From contig JAKFXX010000026.1 of NCBI GenBank assembly GCA_021731145.1, forward strand, positions 11,196-75,195: a DNA stretch of 64,000 bases, read 5' to 3'. The notes beneath the pieces are model-generated. The model was not told the origin of the DNA and did not search any database. It saw only the letters and a program-made list of their open reading frames with translations. Shown piece after piece: positions 43,901 through 53,854 of the stretch (position 1 is the first letter of the stretch; the number at the start of each line of letters is the position of its first letter). The DNA is from Gammaproteobacteria bacterium. GTDB taxonomy: Bacteria > Pseudomonadota > Gammaproteobacteria > Ga0077554 > Ga007554. The position numbers and the translations under genes are program-made.

Positions 43901-44183
43901 GAACATCGAGGCCTACAACCACCTTGGGATTCATTACCGCAACAGCGGGCGTTTCGATGACGCGCGCAATGCCTACGAAAAAGCCCTGTCCACCGACCCG
44001 AATCATTCATCAATCCACCTGAACCTTGGCATTCTTTACGATCTTTATCTGCGTGATGCCGTCAAGGCATTGGAACAGTATCGACTCTATCAAGGCCTGT
44101 TACCCGCCGCAGATAAACAAGTGGGGATGTGGATCTCGGATCTGGAAAAACGCAAAATTGGTGCGGAGGTGAAGGATAAATGA
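40992..44183 (+). CDS. Large TPR-repeat lipoprotein (1064 aa)
   Basis: Lipobox LLVLAACT, and more than 15 TPR-like repeats (e.g. YQLAKAYEQSGDYQNTLQTLTRL). The start is 1 nt after the stop of the upstream TPR gene. The C-terminus resembles canonical TPR (AYNHLGIHYRNSGRFDDARNAYEKAL). Confidence 0.7.
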   Translation: MKLRRGLVTLPLLVLAACTQVKDDSQTLKNLEHRSVSVTKDTTLPDSRSKAIEQYQSIAGTTNDKSVQREAKRKIADLEVDNAEAIFLEKIKKSELDAQTSAPPPPVDNRNAINLYQELLQEQAPKSDAENTLYQLAKAYEQSGDYQNTLQTLTRLANAYPKIGYMDEIQFRRGEILFTLRDYAQAEKAYASLLPMKKSQLYEMALYKHGWSLYKQEQYLPALDSFFAILDKKFPVNKAVADDFVLPRGEQEFVKDTLRVISLSFYHLNGAGSITSYLSAKGYRPYEHLLYKSLGDLALEKDRVSDAVNSYKAFIKTHPGHPYSVLMQQKIIDAYKRPEFASLLLPEKREFVRVYDEYNQRRISNSTKTYAEHLIYGDKIAQDKITSYLRVILEDLARHYHAEAQKSKERAAYKEAMDWYTKFLKNFPADNDAPGITFLLAESLYENGRYADAVTRYENVAYDFPTNQNGAEAGYAALIAYQKHGEKLSGYEKNLWRRNAVVSALRFSEKYPKDKRVPAILASAMEELFSLKQYDKAEFAARLILKMEPPADIKQRRMAATIIAHSEFERDNFERAEASYREVLNLLPADDPGRVEIMEHLASAIYREGEQSRTAGDMPTAIQHFLRVGVAAPASPIRLSAEYDAAVGYMSLNDWSNALRIFSQFQKAYPDNAFQADVSRQIVTAYLQLDQPSKAAAELEKTIASNKDAPVRQDAAWQAAELYEKAKDTKNATRVYGLYVQQFPSPLEQAIEARRRLAEAYKQDNDTGMQNYWLKDIIKADREGGAERTPRTRQTAAHASITLADLAYQAFTQARLIEPLQQNLKIKKEKMEAALQAYGTAAEFGVADVTTAATYQMAKIYSDLSRDLLESQRPEGLTPEEREQYDVLLEEQAFPFEEKAIQIYESNIRRVSSGIYDESVRKSFSELGKLLPVKYAKHEKSEPLTGVTLSNDGKDEDEKALIKATEQVPPNIEAYNHLGIHYRNSGRFDDARNAYEKALSTDPNHSSIHLNLGILYDLYLRDAVKALEQYRLYQGLLPAADKQVGMWISDLEKRKIGAEVKDK

Positions 44184-44449
44184 AGCCATCAGCGCTTTTG
44201 ATCATGGGAATTTTATATTTATCCGCAGGTGTTGCGGCGGCGGAGGACTCTATCGATTCCTCGGGCACAAAAATCATAGGCGATTCAGACATGCCAAAAA
44301 CGCTCTACATCATCCCATGGAAGAAACCGGAGCCTGCCCCGCCGCCAACCCGGTCAATGAGTGAGTTCGCCAACGCCGCCCTTGCAACACTGGAACGGGA
44401 TACCCTGTTACGCCAGATGCAATACCACGCGATTTTTAGTGCCAGATAA
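44180..44449 (+). CDS. Small secreted Pro-rich protein (89 aa)
   Basis: Signal peptide MKPSALLIMGILYLSAGVAAA. There is a 4-bp ATGA overlap with the TPR lipoprotein gene. Confidence 0.45.
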   Translation: MKPSALLIMGILYLSAGVAAAEDSIDSSGTKIIGDSDMPKTLYIIPWKKPEPAPPPTRSMSEFANAALATLERDTLLRQMQYHAIFSAR

Positions 44450-44536
44450 AGCAGCATTTCTTCTCATCAACCATCAAGATTATTGTCTGAAATGCCGAAT
44501 ACAAGGCAGGGCATGACGCAGCACTAGGAGATCAGT

Positions 44537-45190
44537 ATGGATTTTTTCAGTTCCTCAATCCGTTTTTTTCAAGACGGCGGTTTTATTATGTACCTCATCC
44601 TTGGGGTGTTCGCCCTGGGGCTCGCCATCGCCATCGAGCGCTATGTCTTCCTGACGTCCGCCCGCAACAAAAACCGGGAAATGTGGGACAAGCTGCTGCC
44701 GGTGCTAAAACGTGGCGAATACAAAGCCGCACAAGACATGATGTCGCAATCCAGCGCCGCCATCTGCAATATTTTATCTTACGGGTTGTCCCGCGTTGTT
44801 ACCAGCCGGCGGCATGACGATGTTGAAACTGCCATGGAAGAAGGCCTCCTGGAAACCGTTCCGCGCCTGGAAAAACGCACGCACTATCTCACCACCTTCG
44901 CCAATGTGTCCACCCTGCTGGGGTTGCTCGGCACGGTTATCGGCCTGATTGATGCGTTTACCGCCGTCTCCAGCGCCAACCCCTCCGAAAAGGCCGCGTT
45001 GCTTTCCGCCAGTATTTCCGTGGGTATGAACTCAACGGCATTCGGATTGATGGTGGCGATACCGCTGCTGCTGATTTATAGCGTGCTTCAGTCCAAAACC
45101 GTTGAACTGGTGGACAGCCTGGAAATGGCGTCCGTGAAAGTATTGAACATCATCAAGGAGCACTCCGACAAGCAAGGCTCACCCCAATGA
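44537..45190 (+). CDS. exbB: MotA/TolQ/ExbB-family proton channel protein
   Basis: Three TM helices and a conserved C-terminal region (FANVSTLLGLLGTVIGLIDAF...SVGMNSTAFGLMVAIP). Confidence 0.8.
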   Translation: MDFFSSSIRFFQDGGFIMYLILGVFALGLAIAIERYVFLTSARNKNREMWDKLLPVLKRGEYKAAQDMMSQSSAAICNILSYGLSRVVTSRRHDDVETAMEEGLLETVPRLEKRTHYLTTFANVSTLLGLLGTVIGLIDAFTAVSSANPSEKAALLSASISVGMNSTAFGLMVAIPLLLIYSVLQSKTVELVDSLEMASVKVLNIIKEHSDKQGSPQ

Positions 45191-45690
45191 GACGCCGCAC
45201 CCTTCTCGCACGGAACGAAGGTGACGAGCTGGACCTCACCGCCATGATCAACATGATGGTGATTCTGGTGTGCTTCCTGCTGACCTCGGCGGTATTTTCG
45301 CGCATCACGGTGCTGGAGCTGAATATGCCGCCTGCCGCTCAGGCATCATCCAGCAGCGCACCCCAACCGAAAAAGGAGCTTCTTCTGGAGGTTATCCTGC
45401 GCAAAAATGCCATTGAAATAAATGACAGGAACGGCAGCTTTTTTGAGCGGATCAATAATTTATCCGGCGGTTACGACATCAAATCCCTGGCGCAAAATCT
45501 TCATCAGTTAAAGGCACGTTTCCCGGAAAAACGGGACGCCTCCATCCTGCTGGAAGATGACATTCCCTATGACCTTCTGGTGCAGGTGATGGATGCGCTA
45601 CGCGAGGAAAGAAGCGGGGCGATGGGATCCGCCGAGCTTTTCCCTGAAATATCCATTGGCGACGCCCCTGCCGGCAAGAAAATAAAATAA
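45187..45690 (+). CDS. exbD: ExbD/TolR-family biopolymer transport protein (copy 1)
   Basis: N-terminal single TM helix (LTAMINMMVILVCFLL), an ExbD fold and an ATGA overlap with exbB. Confidence 0.75.
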   Translation: MRRRTLLARNEGDELDLTAMINMMVILVCFLLTSAVFSRITVLELNMPPAAQASSSSAPQPKKELLLEVILRKNAIEINDRNGSFFERINNLSGGYDIKSLAQNLHQLKARFPEKRDASILLEDDIPYDLLVQVMDALREERSGAMGSAELFPEISIGDAPAGKKIK

Positions 45691-45711
45691 CAAGGGATAC
45701 GGATAGTCGAT

Positions 45712-46200
45712 ATGAAAATGTCACGGCGCGCCAGACGCATGGAGCGGCACCACGCTCGAACAAAGCGGGGCGGCACACTCAACCTGATTGCCCTGGTGGA
45801 TATTTTCACCATCCTGGTGTTTTTTCTTGTGGTGGGCGCCTCCGAGGTGGAAACCTTGCCCAACACCAAGGTGGTAAAGCTTCCCGAATCCATAGTTGAA
45901 AAACAACCCAAGCAAACCATTCTGATCATGGTAAGTGGAACCGACATCATCATGCAGGGCCGCAAAGTGGCCTCCGTAAAAGACGCGCTGGACGCCCCCG
46001 AAGATGTCATCGCGCCACTGAAAAGCGAGCTTGAGCATCAGGCTGGGCGGCAAGACAGCAAAACCAGCAGTGATATCACCATCATGGGAGACCGGCAAAT
46101 TCCCTACAAACTTTTGAAGAAAATCATGGTTACATGTACACAAGCCAATTACAGCAACATTTTTCTCGCTGTGATGCAAAAATCAAGAACGGTGGAGTAA
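45712..46200 (+). CDS. exbD: ExbD/TolR-family biopolymer transport protein (copy 2)
   Basis: LNLIALVDIFTILVFFLVV TM helix with a periplasmic domain. It is a paralog of the upstream copy. Confidence 0.75.
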   Translation: MKMSRRARRMERHHARTKRGGTLNLIALVDIFTILVFFLVVGASEVETLPNTKVVKLPESIVEKQPKQTILIMVSGTDIIMQGRKVASVKDALDAPEDVIAPLKSELEHQAGRQDSKTSSDITIMGDRQIPYKLLKKIMVTCTQANYSNIFLAVMQKSRTVE

Positions 46201-46206
46201 TAAACG

Positions 46207-47235
46207 GTGGCGGTTCATTATCATTCCCCCGATCTGCCATGGGCAATGACCACCCAGGACGAACACCGTTTTCGGGTGATCCTGACATCGGTGCTGGTAG
46301 GCTTTCTGGTGATTTCGAGCGTCATCACGTTTATCCAGGTTCCAAAAATCACCCGGGAACAAGCCGAGGAGGTGCCGCCGCGACTGGCCAAGCTGGTGCT
46401 TGAGCGCAAGCAGCTCCCCCCGCCAGTCGCAAAGCCCTCGCCCGTAAAACCAGTGGCCACAAAGCCGGAACAAGCACCCAAGCCACTGCCTGCGCCGAAA
46501 GCCGAGCTGAAAATCACGCCCCAGCCCGAGAAAAAAATCGAGCCTGTGCAAGTGGCCAAACAAGAGCCCGCGCCAACACCGGCACCGCTGCCCGCAGAAC
46601 CGCCCAAGGTCAACATCGAGGCTGCGCGCAAGAAGGCGGCCAGCTCAGGCCTGCTGGCGTTAAGCAACGATCTGGCGGCATTGCGCGACAAGCCCGTCGT
46701 ATCCAGCACTCAAACGGACGAGAAGCTTATCCAGCCCACCAGGAACGAGCCCTTTGTGCAGCGCTCGATGATCACATCCGGTACGGCGCGCGGGGGCGAG
46801 GGGGTGAAAACTGCCAGCGCCAGCCGCAACATCAGTGGTACGCAACTGGCGGAACGGACGACGACACGCGTCAACAACCCGCAACCCACGGCGCGCCCTG
46901 GCGAGACTGTAGCGCCTAAACCGGCCACGCAAAAAGGCGGCGGCTCGCGCACCGACGATGAAATTCAGTTGGTGTTCGATAAGAACAAGGGGGCGCTGTA
47001 TTCGCTGTATAACCGCGCGCTTCGGCAAGATCCATCCCTGCAAGGCAAGGTAGTGCTCAAGCTGACCATCGAACCCTCCGGCAAGGTCAGCGCTTGCGAG
47101 GTGGTGTCCAGCGCGATGGAGGCACCCGAGTTGATACAAAAGATCGTGGCGCGGGTATTGCTTTTCGACTTCGGCGCCAAAGAAGCCGCCACCACCGTGA
47201 CCAAACTTCCCATCGACTTTTTGCCGTCGTCATAA
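46207..47235 (+). CDS. tonB: TonB-family energy transducer
   Basis: N-terminal TM helix, a Pro/Lys/Ala-rich spacer (PPPVAKPSPVKPVATKPEQAPKPLPAPK...) and a C-terminal TonB domain (YSLYNRALRQDPSLQGKVVLKLTIEPSGKV). Confidence 0.8.
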   Translation: MAVHYHSPDLPWAMTTQDEHRFRVILTSVLVGFLVISSVITFIQVPKITREQAEEVPPRLAKLVLERKQLPPPVAKPSPVKPVATKPEQAPKPLPAPKAELKITPQPEKKIEPVQVAKQEPAPTPAPLPAEPPKVNIEAARKKAASSGLLALSNDLAALRDKPVVSSTQTDEKLIQPTRNEPFVQRSMITSGTARGGEGVKTASASRNISGTQLAERTTTRVNNPQPTARPGETVAPKPATQKGGGSRTDDEIQLVFDKNKGALYSLYNRALRQDPSLQGKVVLKLTIEPSGKVSACEVVSSAMEAPELIQKIVARVLLFDFGAKEAATTVTKLPIDFLPSS

Positions 47236-47247
47236 GCCTCTCCTATG

Positions 47248-47607
47248 CTAGCCCAGCAACACCAGCCCCCACACCACCAGCACGTTGACATGAGAAACCA
47301 TTACAGCCGCTGAGCCCAGATCTTTCGCACGTCCAGCCAATGCGTTGAACTCCATACCGGTACGATCCACGGCCGCTTCCAGCGCGGAGTTGAGCAGTTC
47401 CATGATCAGCACCAGCATCAGGCAACCCACCAGCAGTGCCCGTTCCATGCCGCTATTGCCCAGCCAGATGCCAAGTGGGGCAAGAATCACGAATAGCGCA
47501 AGCTCGATGCGAAAGGCCACCTCAAAAGCTAGCGCCGCCTTGATGCCGTTGAGCGAATAACCCATCGCCCGGACGATATGGACGAGGGGTTTATCCTGGC
47601 TCGCCAT
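47248..47607 (-). CDS. dgkA: Diacylglycerol kinase
   Basis: 119 aa with three TM helices and a DgkA signature (NSALEAAVDR). Confidence 0.85.
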   Translation of the reverse strand: MASQDKPLVHIVRAMGYSLNGIKAALAFEVAFRIELALFVILAPLGIWLGNSGMERALLVGCLMLVLIMELLNSALEAAVDRTGMEFNALAGRAKDLGSAAVMVSHVNVLVVWGLVLLG

Positions 47608-47610
47608 GAA

Positions 47611-49065
47611 TCATCCTAACGGTTTCCAGGCAAGATCCAGTTCGCGTGCGGCCTTAACATCATCCAGGCGCCGCACGGGCAGGGTGTGGGGCGCTGCCTT
47701 GACGATCTCGGGTGTGGTTTGCGCCTCTGTGAGAATCTGTTGCATGGCGGTGATGAAGCGGTCCAGCTCTTCTTTAGCCTCGGTTTCGCTCGGCTCAATC
47801 AGCAGGCACTCCGGCACCAACAGCGGGAAATAGGTGGTGGGTGCGTGATAACCCAGATCGAGCAGGCGCTTGGCGACATCCATGGCGGTGATGCCCAGCT
47901 CCTTGGCCTGACGCTTGAGGGTGACGATAAATTCATGCGTGGCACGGCGCTCTGGAAAGGCCAGGTCATAGCCGCTCTGCGCCAGACGCGCCATCAGATA
48001 ATTGGCGTTGAGGGTGGCGAATTCGGCGACGCGATGCATGCCTTCCGATCCCAGCAGGCGCGCGTAGATATAGGCGCGCAGCAACACGCCTGCGTTGCCC
48101 GCGAAGGCCGAGAGACGGCCGATGGTTTGCGGCCGGTCCGCTTCGGTGAGGAAGCGGTAGGCCTTCCCGTCGCAGTCGACAATAGGTACCGGCATGAAGG
48201 GTAGCAGTCTTTCACTGACGCCCACCGGCCCGGCACCGGGGCCACCGCCGCCATGCGGGGTGGAAAAGGTCTTGTGCAGGTTCATGTGGATGACATCGAA
48301 ACCCATGTCGCCGGGCTTGACCTTGCCGAGAATTGCATTGAGGTTGGCGCCGTCGTAATACAGCAGTCCGCCCGCCTCATGCACGATCCGCGCAATCTCC
48401 ATGATGCGGCGCTCAAACACCCCCAGCGTGGAAGGGTTGGTGAGCATGATCCCCGCCGTGTGCGGACCGACCGCGCCCTTCAGCGCCTCGATATCCACGT
48501 CCCCCTGCGCATCGGTGGGGATCTCGCGCACCGTGTAGCCACACATCACCGCCGTGGCCGGGTTGGTGCCATGCGCCGCGTTGGGCACCAGAATTTCGGT
48601 GCGCTGCACATCATTGCGCGCGTCGTGAAAGGCGCGGATCATCGCCATGCCCGCGAACTCGCCCTGGGCACCCGCCATCGGCGTGAGCGATACGCCCTTC
48701 ATCCCCGTCACCTCCTTGAGCATCTCCTGCAACTCGTACATGCAGGCAAGAAACCCCTGGCTCAGGGATTCCGGCGCGTGGGGATGGCGCGCCAGAAAAC
48801 CCGGCAGCATCGCCAGCTTGTTGCAGGCACGCGGGTTGTACTTCATGGTGCATGAACCCAACGGATAAAAATGTGTGTCGATGGAGAAATTCTTCTGTGA
48901 CAGCCGCGTGTAATGCCGCACCGCCTGAAGCTCGGAAACCTCGGGCAGCAAGGGGCGTTTTTTGCGCCGGAATTTTTCGGGGATGGCCTTTAAATCCGCC
49001 GCTTTGTCTTGCGGGGCCTGCGAGGGATTGCGGCGAGCGGGGCGGGAGTGTTCGAAGATCAACAT
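47611..49065 (-). CDS. gcvPB: Glycine dehydrogenase (decarboxylating) subunit 2
   Basis: 484 aa, PLP fold typical of GcvPB ([24 protein letters not shown]). Confidence 0.9.
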   Translation of the reverse strand: MLIFEHSRPARRNPSQAPQDKAADLKAIPEKFRRKKRPLLPEVSELQAVRHYTRLSQKNFSIDTHFYPLGSCTMKYNPRACNKLAMLPGFLARHPHAPESLSQGFLACMYELQEMLKEVTGMKGVSLTPMAGAQGEFAGMAMIRAFHDARNDVQRTEILVPNAAHGTNPATAVMCGYTVREIPTDAQGDVDIEALKGAVGPHTAGIMLTNPSTLGVFERRIMEIARIVHEAGGLLYYDGANLNAILGKVKPGDMGFDVIHMNLHKTFSTPHGGGGPGAGPVGVSERLLPFMPVPIVDCDGKAYRFLTEADRPQTIGRLSAFAGNAGVLLRAYIYARLLGSEGMHRVAEFATLNANYLMARLAQSGYDLAFPERRATHEFIVTLKRQAKELGITAMDVAKRLLDLGYHAPTTYFPLLVPECLLIEPSETEAKEELDRFITAMQQILTEAQTTPEIVKAAPHTLPVRRLDDVKAARELDLAWKPLG

Positions 49066-49106
49066 GAGATGACTATTCTCTCTAAAAATACCATTCCAAA
49101 ATGCAA

Positions 49107-49125
49107 GGTGCGCACAGTGCGCACC
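49107..49125 (-). terminator. Hairpin (ggtgcgcac-agt-gtgcgcacc) followed on the minus strand by a T-rich tract, between tpx and gcvPB
   Basis: A perfect 8-9 bp GC stem, with TTGCATTTTGG downstream on the minus strand. Confidence 0.5.
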
Positions 49126-49132
49126 CCACAGC

Positions 49133-49633
49133 TTATTTCAGTGCCGCCAGCGCCTTCTCATAGTCCGGCTCCTGGGCGATTTCCGGCACGAGCTCGGTGT
49201 AGATCACGTTGTCACGCTCATCCAGCACCACCACGGCACGGGCGGTGAGGCCGGCAAGCGGGCCGTCCTGAATCAGCACGCCGTATTCCTTTGCGAAATT
49301 GCGGCCACGCATCATCGACAGCGGAATGACGTTGCTCAGCCCCTCGTTACCGCAAAAACGCTTCATGGCGAACGGCAGATCGGCGGAGATGATCAACACC
49401 ACCATGTCATCGCGGGTTTTGGCGAAGTCGTTGAACTTTTTGGTGGAGAGGGCGCACACAGCGGTATCAAGGCTGGGGACAATGTTGAGCAGCTTTTTCT
49501 TGCCTTTGAAGTCGGCAAACTCCTTGTCGCTCAAGTCCTCTGCCACCAATTTCAGGTACGGTGCCCTGCTGCCGGTTTTCGGCAGGTCACCGTTGGTGTT
49601 AATGGGATTGCCTTTCAGTGTGATCGTTGCCAT
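49133..49633 (-). CDS. tpx: Thiol peroxidase (atypical 2-Cys peroxiredoxin Tpx)
   Basis: Tpx motifs ([11 protein letters not shown]...C), 166 aa. It is inserted between gcvPA and gcvPB. Confidence 0.85.
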   Translation of the reverse strand: MATITLKGNPINTNGDLPKTGSRAPYLKLVAEDLSDKEFADFKGKKKLLNIVPSLDTAVCALSTKKFNDFAKTRDDMVVLIISADLPFAMKRFCGNEGLSNVIPLSMMRGRNFAKEYGVLIQDGPLAGLTARAVVVLDERDNVIYTELVPEIAQEPDYEKALAALK

Positions 49634-49651
49634 GACCTATCTCCTTGTGGA

Positions 49652-51019
49652 TTACTGCGGTTTTAGTATATCGCGCAAATGCTTGGCAAACAGTTCAAGA
49701 TCATCCGCATTTTTGGTCTCGGTAGCGCACACCAGCAGCGCGTTGCTCAATTCGGGATAATCGTCGCCGAGCTTGTAGCCGCCCAGCAGACCACGATCCG
49801 CAAGCTCACCCAGCACCTCGTCCACCGGGCGCGGTAGCTGTATCACAGCCTCATGGAACAGGGGCCGATCGAATAGCTTGGTAACACCGTCGATAGCGGT
49901 GAGCGCTTCGACCAGGGCCAGGGTATTGGCGTGGCATGCGGCCGCCACACGCTCCAAGCCATCGGGGCCGAGCAGCGCCATATGGATGGTGGCGGCGGTG
50001 ACTACCAGGCCCTGGTTGGTGCAGATGTTGGAGGTGGCCTTGGAGCGGCGGATATGCTGTTCGCGCGCCTGCAGCGTGAGCGTAAACCCTGGTTTGCCGT
50101 CGAGATCGACGGTGCGCCCCACGATGCGCCCCGGCATCTGGCGTACATGCTCCAATTTGCAGCACATGAAGCCGAAGTACGGCCCACCGGAGGACAGCGG
50201 TGCGCCCAGGGGTTGGCCCTCGCCACACACGATATCCGCGCCGTTTTCTCCCCATTCCCCCGGCGGGGTGAGCAACGCCAGCGAGACGGGGTTGGCCACG
50301 CCGATCACCAGCGCGCCGTGGCGATGCGCCCAGTCGGTGAGGGCATCCACTTCCTCCAACACGCCGAAGAAATTGGGCTGTGGGATTACCAGCGCGGCGA
50401 CATCGCCGCCGCTGTATCTTTCCAGCGATTCCGGAACGGTATGACCGCACTCCGTGCAATAGGGCAGCTCGATCAGCTCGATGTTCTGCATGGTGACGAT
50501 GGCGCGCACCACCTTGCGATAGGCCGGATGCACGGTGCCAGGCATCAGCACGCGCCTGGAAGATGACTTGCGGTTGGCGCGCACCGCCATCAACACCGCC
50601 TCGGCCAGCGCCGATGCGCCATCGTACAGCGAGGCATTGGAGACATCCATGCCGGTGAGGCTGGCCATCATGGTCTGGTATTCGTAAAGCAGTTGCAACG
50701 TCCCCTGGCTGGCCTCGGCCTGATAGGGGGTGTATGAGCTGTAAAACTCACCGCGAGTGGCAATCTCCCACACGGCGGCGGGAATGTGGTGGTCGTAGGC
50801 GCCCGCGCCGGCAAAGCACAACGGGCGTCCATCCTGTTCGGCGCGCTGCATCATCAGGCGCGTGACATCCATCTCACTCATTCCTGGAGGGATGGATTTC
50901 AGCGCCGCCGCAGCGCGCAACGCCTCGGGGATTTCGTCAAACAAATCCTCGATACCCGTCGCGCCGATGGCGGCGAGCATGTGCTGGATATCATCTTCTG
51001 TGTGCGGAATAAAAGGCAT
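49652..51019 (-). CDS. gcvPA: Glycine dehydrogenase (decarboxylating) subunit 1
   Basis: 455 aa, typical GcvPA N-terminus [15 protein letters not shown]. Confidence 0.9.
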   Translation of the reverse strand: MPFIPHTEDDIQHMLAAIGATGIEDLFDEIPEALRAAAALKSIPPGMSEMDVTRLMMQRAEQDGRPLCFAGAGAYDHHIPAAVWEIATRGEFYSSYTPYQAEASQGTLQLLYEYQTMMASLTGMDVSNASLYDGASALAEAVLMAVRANRKSSSRRVLMPGTVHPAYRKVVRAIVTMQNIELIELPYCTECGHTVPESLERYSGGDVAALVIPQPNFFGVLEEVDALTDWAHRHGALVIGVANPVSLALLTPPGEWGENGADIVCGEGQPLGAPLSSGGPYFGFMCCKLEHVRQMPGRIVGRTVDLDGKPGFTLTLQAREQHIRRSKATSNICTNQGLVVTAATIHMALLGPDGLERVAAACHANTLALVEALTAIDGVTKLFDRPLFHEAVIQLPRPVDEVLGELADRGLLGGYKLGDDYPELSNALLVCATETKNADDLELFAKHLRDILKPQ

Positions 51020-51077
51020 GGGTTGTCTCTTTTATGTTTGTTAGCCACGGAGGCACAGGGGACACAGAGAAAACTAT

Positions 51078-51256
51078 GTAGGTGTAGGTTGGGTCAAGGA
51101 GCGCAAGCTCCGGACCCAACAAGCCATTGCTTCAGGCATTGCGCCCTTCACCGTAACCACCGTAATGCCCGTAAAGGGCACAATGAGGTGGCAATGCGGT
51201 GATAATGTCACGGGTACAATGTTGGGTCCGCTACGCTTGACCCAACCTACATTTAT
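51078..51256. repeat. Palindromic repeat element, copy B (about 180 bp, imperfect terminal inverted repeats of about 35 nt), between gcvH and gcvPA
   Basis: Left arm gtaggttgggtcaaggagcgcaagctccggacccaac, right arm gttgggtccgctacgcttgacccaacctac. It shares a 17-nt core with the copy at 8281-8350. Confidence 0.55.
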
Positions 51257-51286
51257 TATCTCTGTGCCTCCGTGGCAAAAACCAAA

Positions 51287-51682
51287 TCAATGCGCCTCGG
51301 CGGCAACCAGCTCGGCGTAGGCGTTCGCATCCAGCAGGTTGTCCAGCTCGGCGAGGCTGGAGGGCTTGATGTGCATCATCCAGCCTGCGCCATAGGCGTC
51401 TTTGTTTACCAGGTCAGGGCTACCGGCCAGCGCCTTGTTGACGGCGATGACCTCGCCGGAGACCGGACTGTAGACATCGGAAGCGGCCTTCACCGATTCC
51501 ACCACGGCGCACTCCTGGCCCGCCGTAACGCTGCGGCCCGGCTCCGGCAGCTCGACAAACACCATGTCACCCAGCAAATCCTGGGCGTGGTCAGTAATGC
51601 CGACGCGCAGCGTGCCGTCGCTCAACAATTCAACCCATTCGTGGCTCTTGGTGTATTTCAGATTGGCGGGGGTTTTGCTCAT
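51287..51682 (-). CDS. gcvH: Glycine cleavage system H protein (lipoyl carrier)
   Basis: Lipoyl-lysine motif ESVKAASD; start trimmed to [17 protein letters not shown]. Confidence 0.9.
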   Translation of the reverse strand: MSKTPANLKYTKSHEWVELLSDGTLRVGITDHAQDLLGDMVFVELPEPGRSVTAGQECAVVESVKAASDVYSPVSGEVIAVNKALAGSPDLVNKDAYGAGWMMHIKPSSLAELDNLLDANAYAELVAAEAH

Positions 51683-51692
51683 TTCACTATCC

Positions 51693-52880
51693 TCATTTTT
51701 GCTCAATACATGATGCGCCATGGCGCACAAACGGTGGTTTGACTATTCTTACGGCCAGCAGCTTGCCACGCACATCCACTTCAGCATGCTCGCCAGCCTC
51801 TGCCGAGACACGCGCAAAGGCGATGGCTTTGCCCAGTGTCGGCGAAAAACTGCCGCTGGTGATTTCACCGGCCTCGCGGCCATTGATAATGACTTTCTGG
51901 TGATTGCGCAGTACGCCCTTGTCGTCGAGCACCAGACCCACCAATTTGAATTTGGCTCCTTCACTACGTTGCGCCTCCAGCGCTGCTCGGCCGATAAAAT
52001 CGCGCCCGGCTGGCTCCCACGCCACGGTCCAGCCCAAGCCCGACTCCAGCGGGGTGGTGCCCTCGTCCATATCCGCGCCATACAGATTCATCCCCGCTTC
52101 CAGGCGCAACGTATCGCGCGCGCCCAGGCCGATGGGCTTAACACCGGCCTGGTGCAGCCGCTGCCAGAAATCGGCGGCCTGTGCGGCAGGCAACATGACT
52201 TCGTAACCATCCTCACCGGTATAGCCGGTGCGTGCAACGAACAGTTCACCCGCCATCACGGCATGAAACGGCCCCAGCGCGGCGGCCTGTGGCCCGGCGT
52301 CGCCCAGCAAGCCATGCACGGCATCGCGCGCAGCCGGTCCTTGCACGGCGATCATCGCCAGATCGTCGTGCTCTTTTACCGTCACGCCAAAGGCGTCCGC
52401 GCATCGTTTGATCCACGCCAGATCCTTGTCGCGCGTCGCGGCGTTCACCACCAGGCGAAACCACGACGCACACGGATGTGCTAGTGCCGCAGGAGGCACG
52501 ACTCCAGGGATGGAGAAGGTAGAATCGCGTCCGGAACGGCGATCGAGGATGCCGGGAGCGGCCATGAAGTAGACGATCAGATCGTCGATCACACCGCCAC
52601 GCTCATTGAGCATGCAGGTGTAGAGGGCCTTGCCCAACACGGTCAGCTTGTCCACGTTATTCGCCAGCAGATAACGCAAAAACTCGCGCACCCGCTCCCC
52701 TTCGAGATCAACAATGGTCATATGCGACACATCGAACATGCCCGCCGCGCGGCGCACGCTGTGATGCTCCTCGATCTGCGAGCCGTAATGCAGCGGCATG
52801 TCCCAGCCGCCGAAATCAACGATTTTCGCACCCATGCTAAGGTGCGCTTCATACAACGGTGTTCTTTTGCCCATATTCAC
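51693..52880 (-). CDS. gcvT: Glycine cleavage system aminomethyltransferase T
   Basis: GcvT fold ([10 protein letters not shown]), 395 aa. Confidence 0.9.
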   Translation of the reverse strand: MNMGKRTPLYEAHLSMGAKIVDFGGWDMPLHYGSQIEEHHSVRRAAGMFDVSHMTIVDLEGERVREFLRYLLANNVDKLTVLGKALYTCMLNERGGVIDDLIVYFMAAPGILDRRSGRDSTFSIPGVVPPAALAHPCASWFRLVVNAATRDKDLAWIKRCADAFGVTVKEHDDLAMIAVQGPAARDAVHGLLGDAGPQAAALGPFHAVMAGELFVARTGYTGEDGYEVMLPAAQAADFWQRLHQAGVKPIGLGARDTLRLEAGMNLYGADMDEGTTPLESGLGWTVAWEPAGRDFIGRAALEAQRSEGAKFKLVGLVLDDKGVLRNHQKVIINGREAGEITSGSFSPTLGKAIAFARVSAEAGEHAEVDVRGKLLAVRIVKPPFVRHGASCIEQK

Positions 52881-52889
52881 CTCGGGTAG

Positions 52890-53831
52890 TTATATTTTCG
52901 CCAAAGAAGGCACGACACTAACCGGCCCCTGCTCTTCCTCCGCATGATACGATGAGCGCACCAGCGGCCCCGCTTTCACCCACGCAAACCCCAGCGCGCG
53001 CGCCTCTTGCTCGTAACTGGCGAAGGTCTCCGGGGTTATGTACTCTTTGACCGGCAGATGATGGCGCGTCGGGCGCAGATATTGACCCAGCGATACGCGG
53101 CTCACGCCTATGGCGCGCAGGTCACGCAGTACCTCGGTCACCTCCTCGCGGCGCTCGCCCAATCCCAGCATCAACGACGACTTGGCCGCCACGCCCGGCT
53201 GGCTGGCGGCCCGCTCCAGCAGACTCAACGAGCGCTCATAGCGGGAGCCCTTGCGCACGGTCTTGTATAAACCGGGGACGGTCTCGACGTTGTGCCCCCA
53301 CACCAGCGAGCCTGCTCCGTCCAACGCTGCGGTAATGGTCTGTATCGCCTGCTCCTGGCACTGCTGAAAATCCGGCGTCAGCAGCTCCAGGCCAATGCCG
53401 GGCTTGCGGCGGCGCAGCTCGCGGATGGTATCTGCGAATACTTTCGCCCCGCCGTCCGGCAGATCGTCGCGATTCACCGACGTTAGCACCACATACCCCA
53501 GGCCCATGTTGATGACGGCATTCGCCACGCGGCGCGGCTCGTCGAGATCATATGAACCGGGGCGACCGGCCTTCACCGCGCAGAAACCACAGGCGCGGGT
53601 ACAGGTATCCCCGAGCAGCATGAAGGTGGCCGTGCCGCGGCTCCAGCATTCGCCCCGGTTTGGGCAACGCGCCTCCTCGCACACCGTGTGCAACGCATTG
53701 CCGCGCACGGCATCCGCAGTCAGTGCGTATTGGGAATGATCACCGAGATGCTGGCGTATCCACTGCGGCATACGCCCTACATTGGGCTGTGCAGCGGTCT
53801 GATCAAAAACAGGCGTTATAGCTTGGGACAT
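52890..53831 (-). CDS. lipA: Lipoyl synthase
   Basis: Two Cys clusters (CEEARCPNRGEC and the radical SAM CTRACGFC), about 313 aa after trimming to MSQAITP. Confidence 0.9.
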   Translation of the reverse strand: MSQAITPVFDQTAAQPNVGRMPQWIRQHLGDHSQYALTADAVRGNALHTVCEEARCPNRGECWSRGTATFMLLGDTCTRACGFCAVKAGRPGSYDLDEPRRVANAVINMGLGYVVLTSVNRDDLPDGGAKVFADTIRELRRRKPGIGLELLTPDFQQCQEQAIQTITAALDGAGSLVWGHNVETVPGLYKTVRKGSRYERSLSLLERAASQPGVAAKSSLMLGLGERREEVTEVLRDLRAIGVSRVSLGQYLRPTRHHLPVKEYITPETFASYEQEARALGFAWVKAGPLVRSSYHAEEEQGPVSVVPSLAKI

Positions 53832-53854
53832 GGGTTTCCTGGAGCTGCAAAACA

